The notes beneath the pieces are model-generated. The model did no database searches, had not been told where the DNA came from, and was given only the letters and a program-made list of their open reading frames with translations. Shown one piece after another: positions 63,253 through 64,000 of a stretch of DNA of 64,000 bases. The stretch is from the NCBI RefSeq assembly GCF_964188315.1, contig NC_135660.1, positions 98,766,001 to 98,830,000 of the forward strand, written 5' to 3'. Both the position numbers and the translations under genes were made by a program. The DNA comes from Podarcis muralis. Lineage: Eukaryota. Numbering within the stretch: position 1 is the stretch's first letter; each line of letters begins with the position of its first letter.

Positions 63253-64000
63253 AGCCAGTCATGCTGATTTACATAAGCCAGCCCAGGATTCCTCTGCAGC
63301 TGCTATTTCTCCCTTCACATCCCAAATAAGCAAATTTCTAGGGTTTAAGGGTCCCCCGCCTCCCCCCCCCCCCATGGCAGAGCTTCATGCTCCGGCACCA
63401 GGGGGTGGAGAGCAGGTGGGGGCGGGGCTGGTGTGCACATGGCACACGACTCATAGGGGCGTGGCACCCAGTACAGGCGGGGGGGGGCAGCCGCGATGGC
63501 TCCCCGCCAGGATTGCACTGCCAGGGGTGGTGCGCTCCCCCTGCACACCTCTTCCTCCGCTAGTGGGTCCCACAGCAAAGCTATAACAGTATATCATTTG
63601 CTGTTTGTATGGGCCAGTTCTTGGATTTACCACCAAATGACTGGAAGGCCTGTGTTTCCTGCTAAGCTTCATGAGTTATTTCAGGGTTCGTTTCTGAAGA
63701 AAATAAGCGCTTTCTATGCAGATGAGGAATTTCTACACAGATGGTGTATATCAACTAGATTCTTATATCAACTATTTTGGGTCATTTGTGTGTCACTCTG
63801 TGTTTCTAAGGAAATATTCACCTCACCCACCTCTGCATACCAGAGATCCTGCTTTCATTTACAGGGTTACTTATTGGAAGATAAAAGAGGTTCAAGTCAG
63901 AATTTCCAATTTTCTCAGTGTTGCTCAGTCTTTCTCTTTCAGCTTCCTTCAGCTTGTAATTCACCCCTCGTGGAGAGTGTTATCTCAGGAAAATCAATTC

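Noticed and set aside
133-63672. The many 60-200 aa ORFs in the track (e.g. 3086-3304, 5612-6064, 18801-19076, 19136-19555, 20716-21003, 53876-54457)
   Set aside because: They are SINE, MITE or microsatellite translations, antisense shadows of BovB or WNT7B, or lack recognisable domains and splice context.

Overview
Vertebrate genomic DNA, most likely a lacertid-type lizard (inferred from Sauria/Squam1 SINEs, squamate BovB and lizard-type CR1, L1 and Penelope repeats). The only host protein-coding gene I can support is WNT7B on the minus strand: exon 2 (45283-45509, 227 bp), exon 3 (27296-27567, 272 bp; absent from the ORF track) and coding exon 4 (22988-23467, 480 bp). All have GT-AG boundaries and compatible phases. 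Exon 1 was not found and probably lies beyond base 64000. The rest is intronic or intergenic and rich in transposons: 10 Sauria SINE copies in two subfamilies, three BovB/RTE pieces, L1 and CR1 fragments, hAT and pogo/Tigger-type MITEs, a tRNA-Ile-headed SINE and microsatellites. The most notable non-coding signal is a short Penelope-type unit present twice with target-site duplications (TSDs). The copy at 60442-60580 carries an intact minimal type I hammerhead ribozyme core. The copy at 25314-25526 is a ~61-bp fold-back whose core has a G12A change. Other notable structures are a SINE nested in a SINE, two independent insertions into the same 13-nt SINE motif, inverted SINEs bracketing WNT7B exon 2, and two head-to-head BovB halves. 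I found no CRISPR, rRNA or functional tRNA gene. All family names come from recognition by eye, not database searches. I cannot claim a wholly new biological system; the hammerhead mini-element is the best candidate for follow-up.
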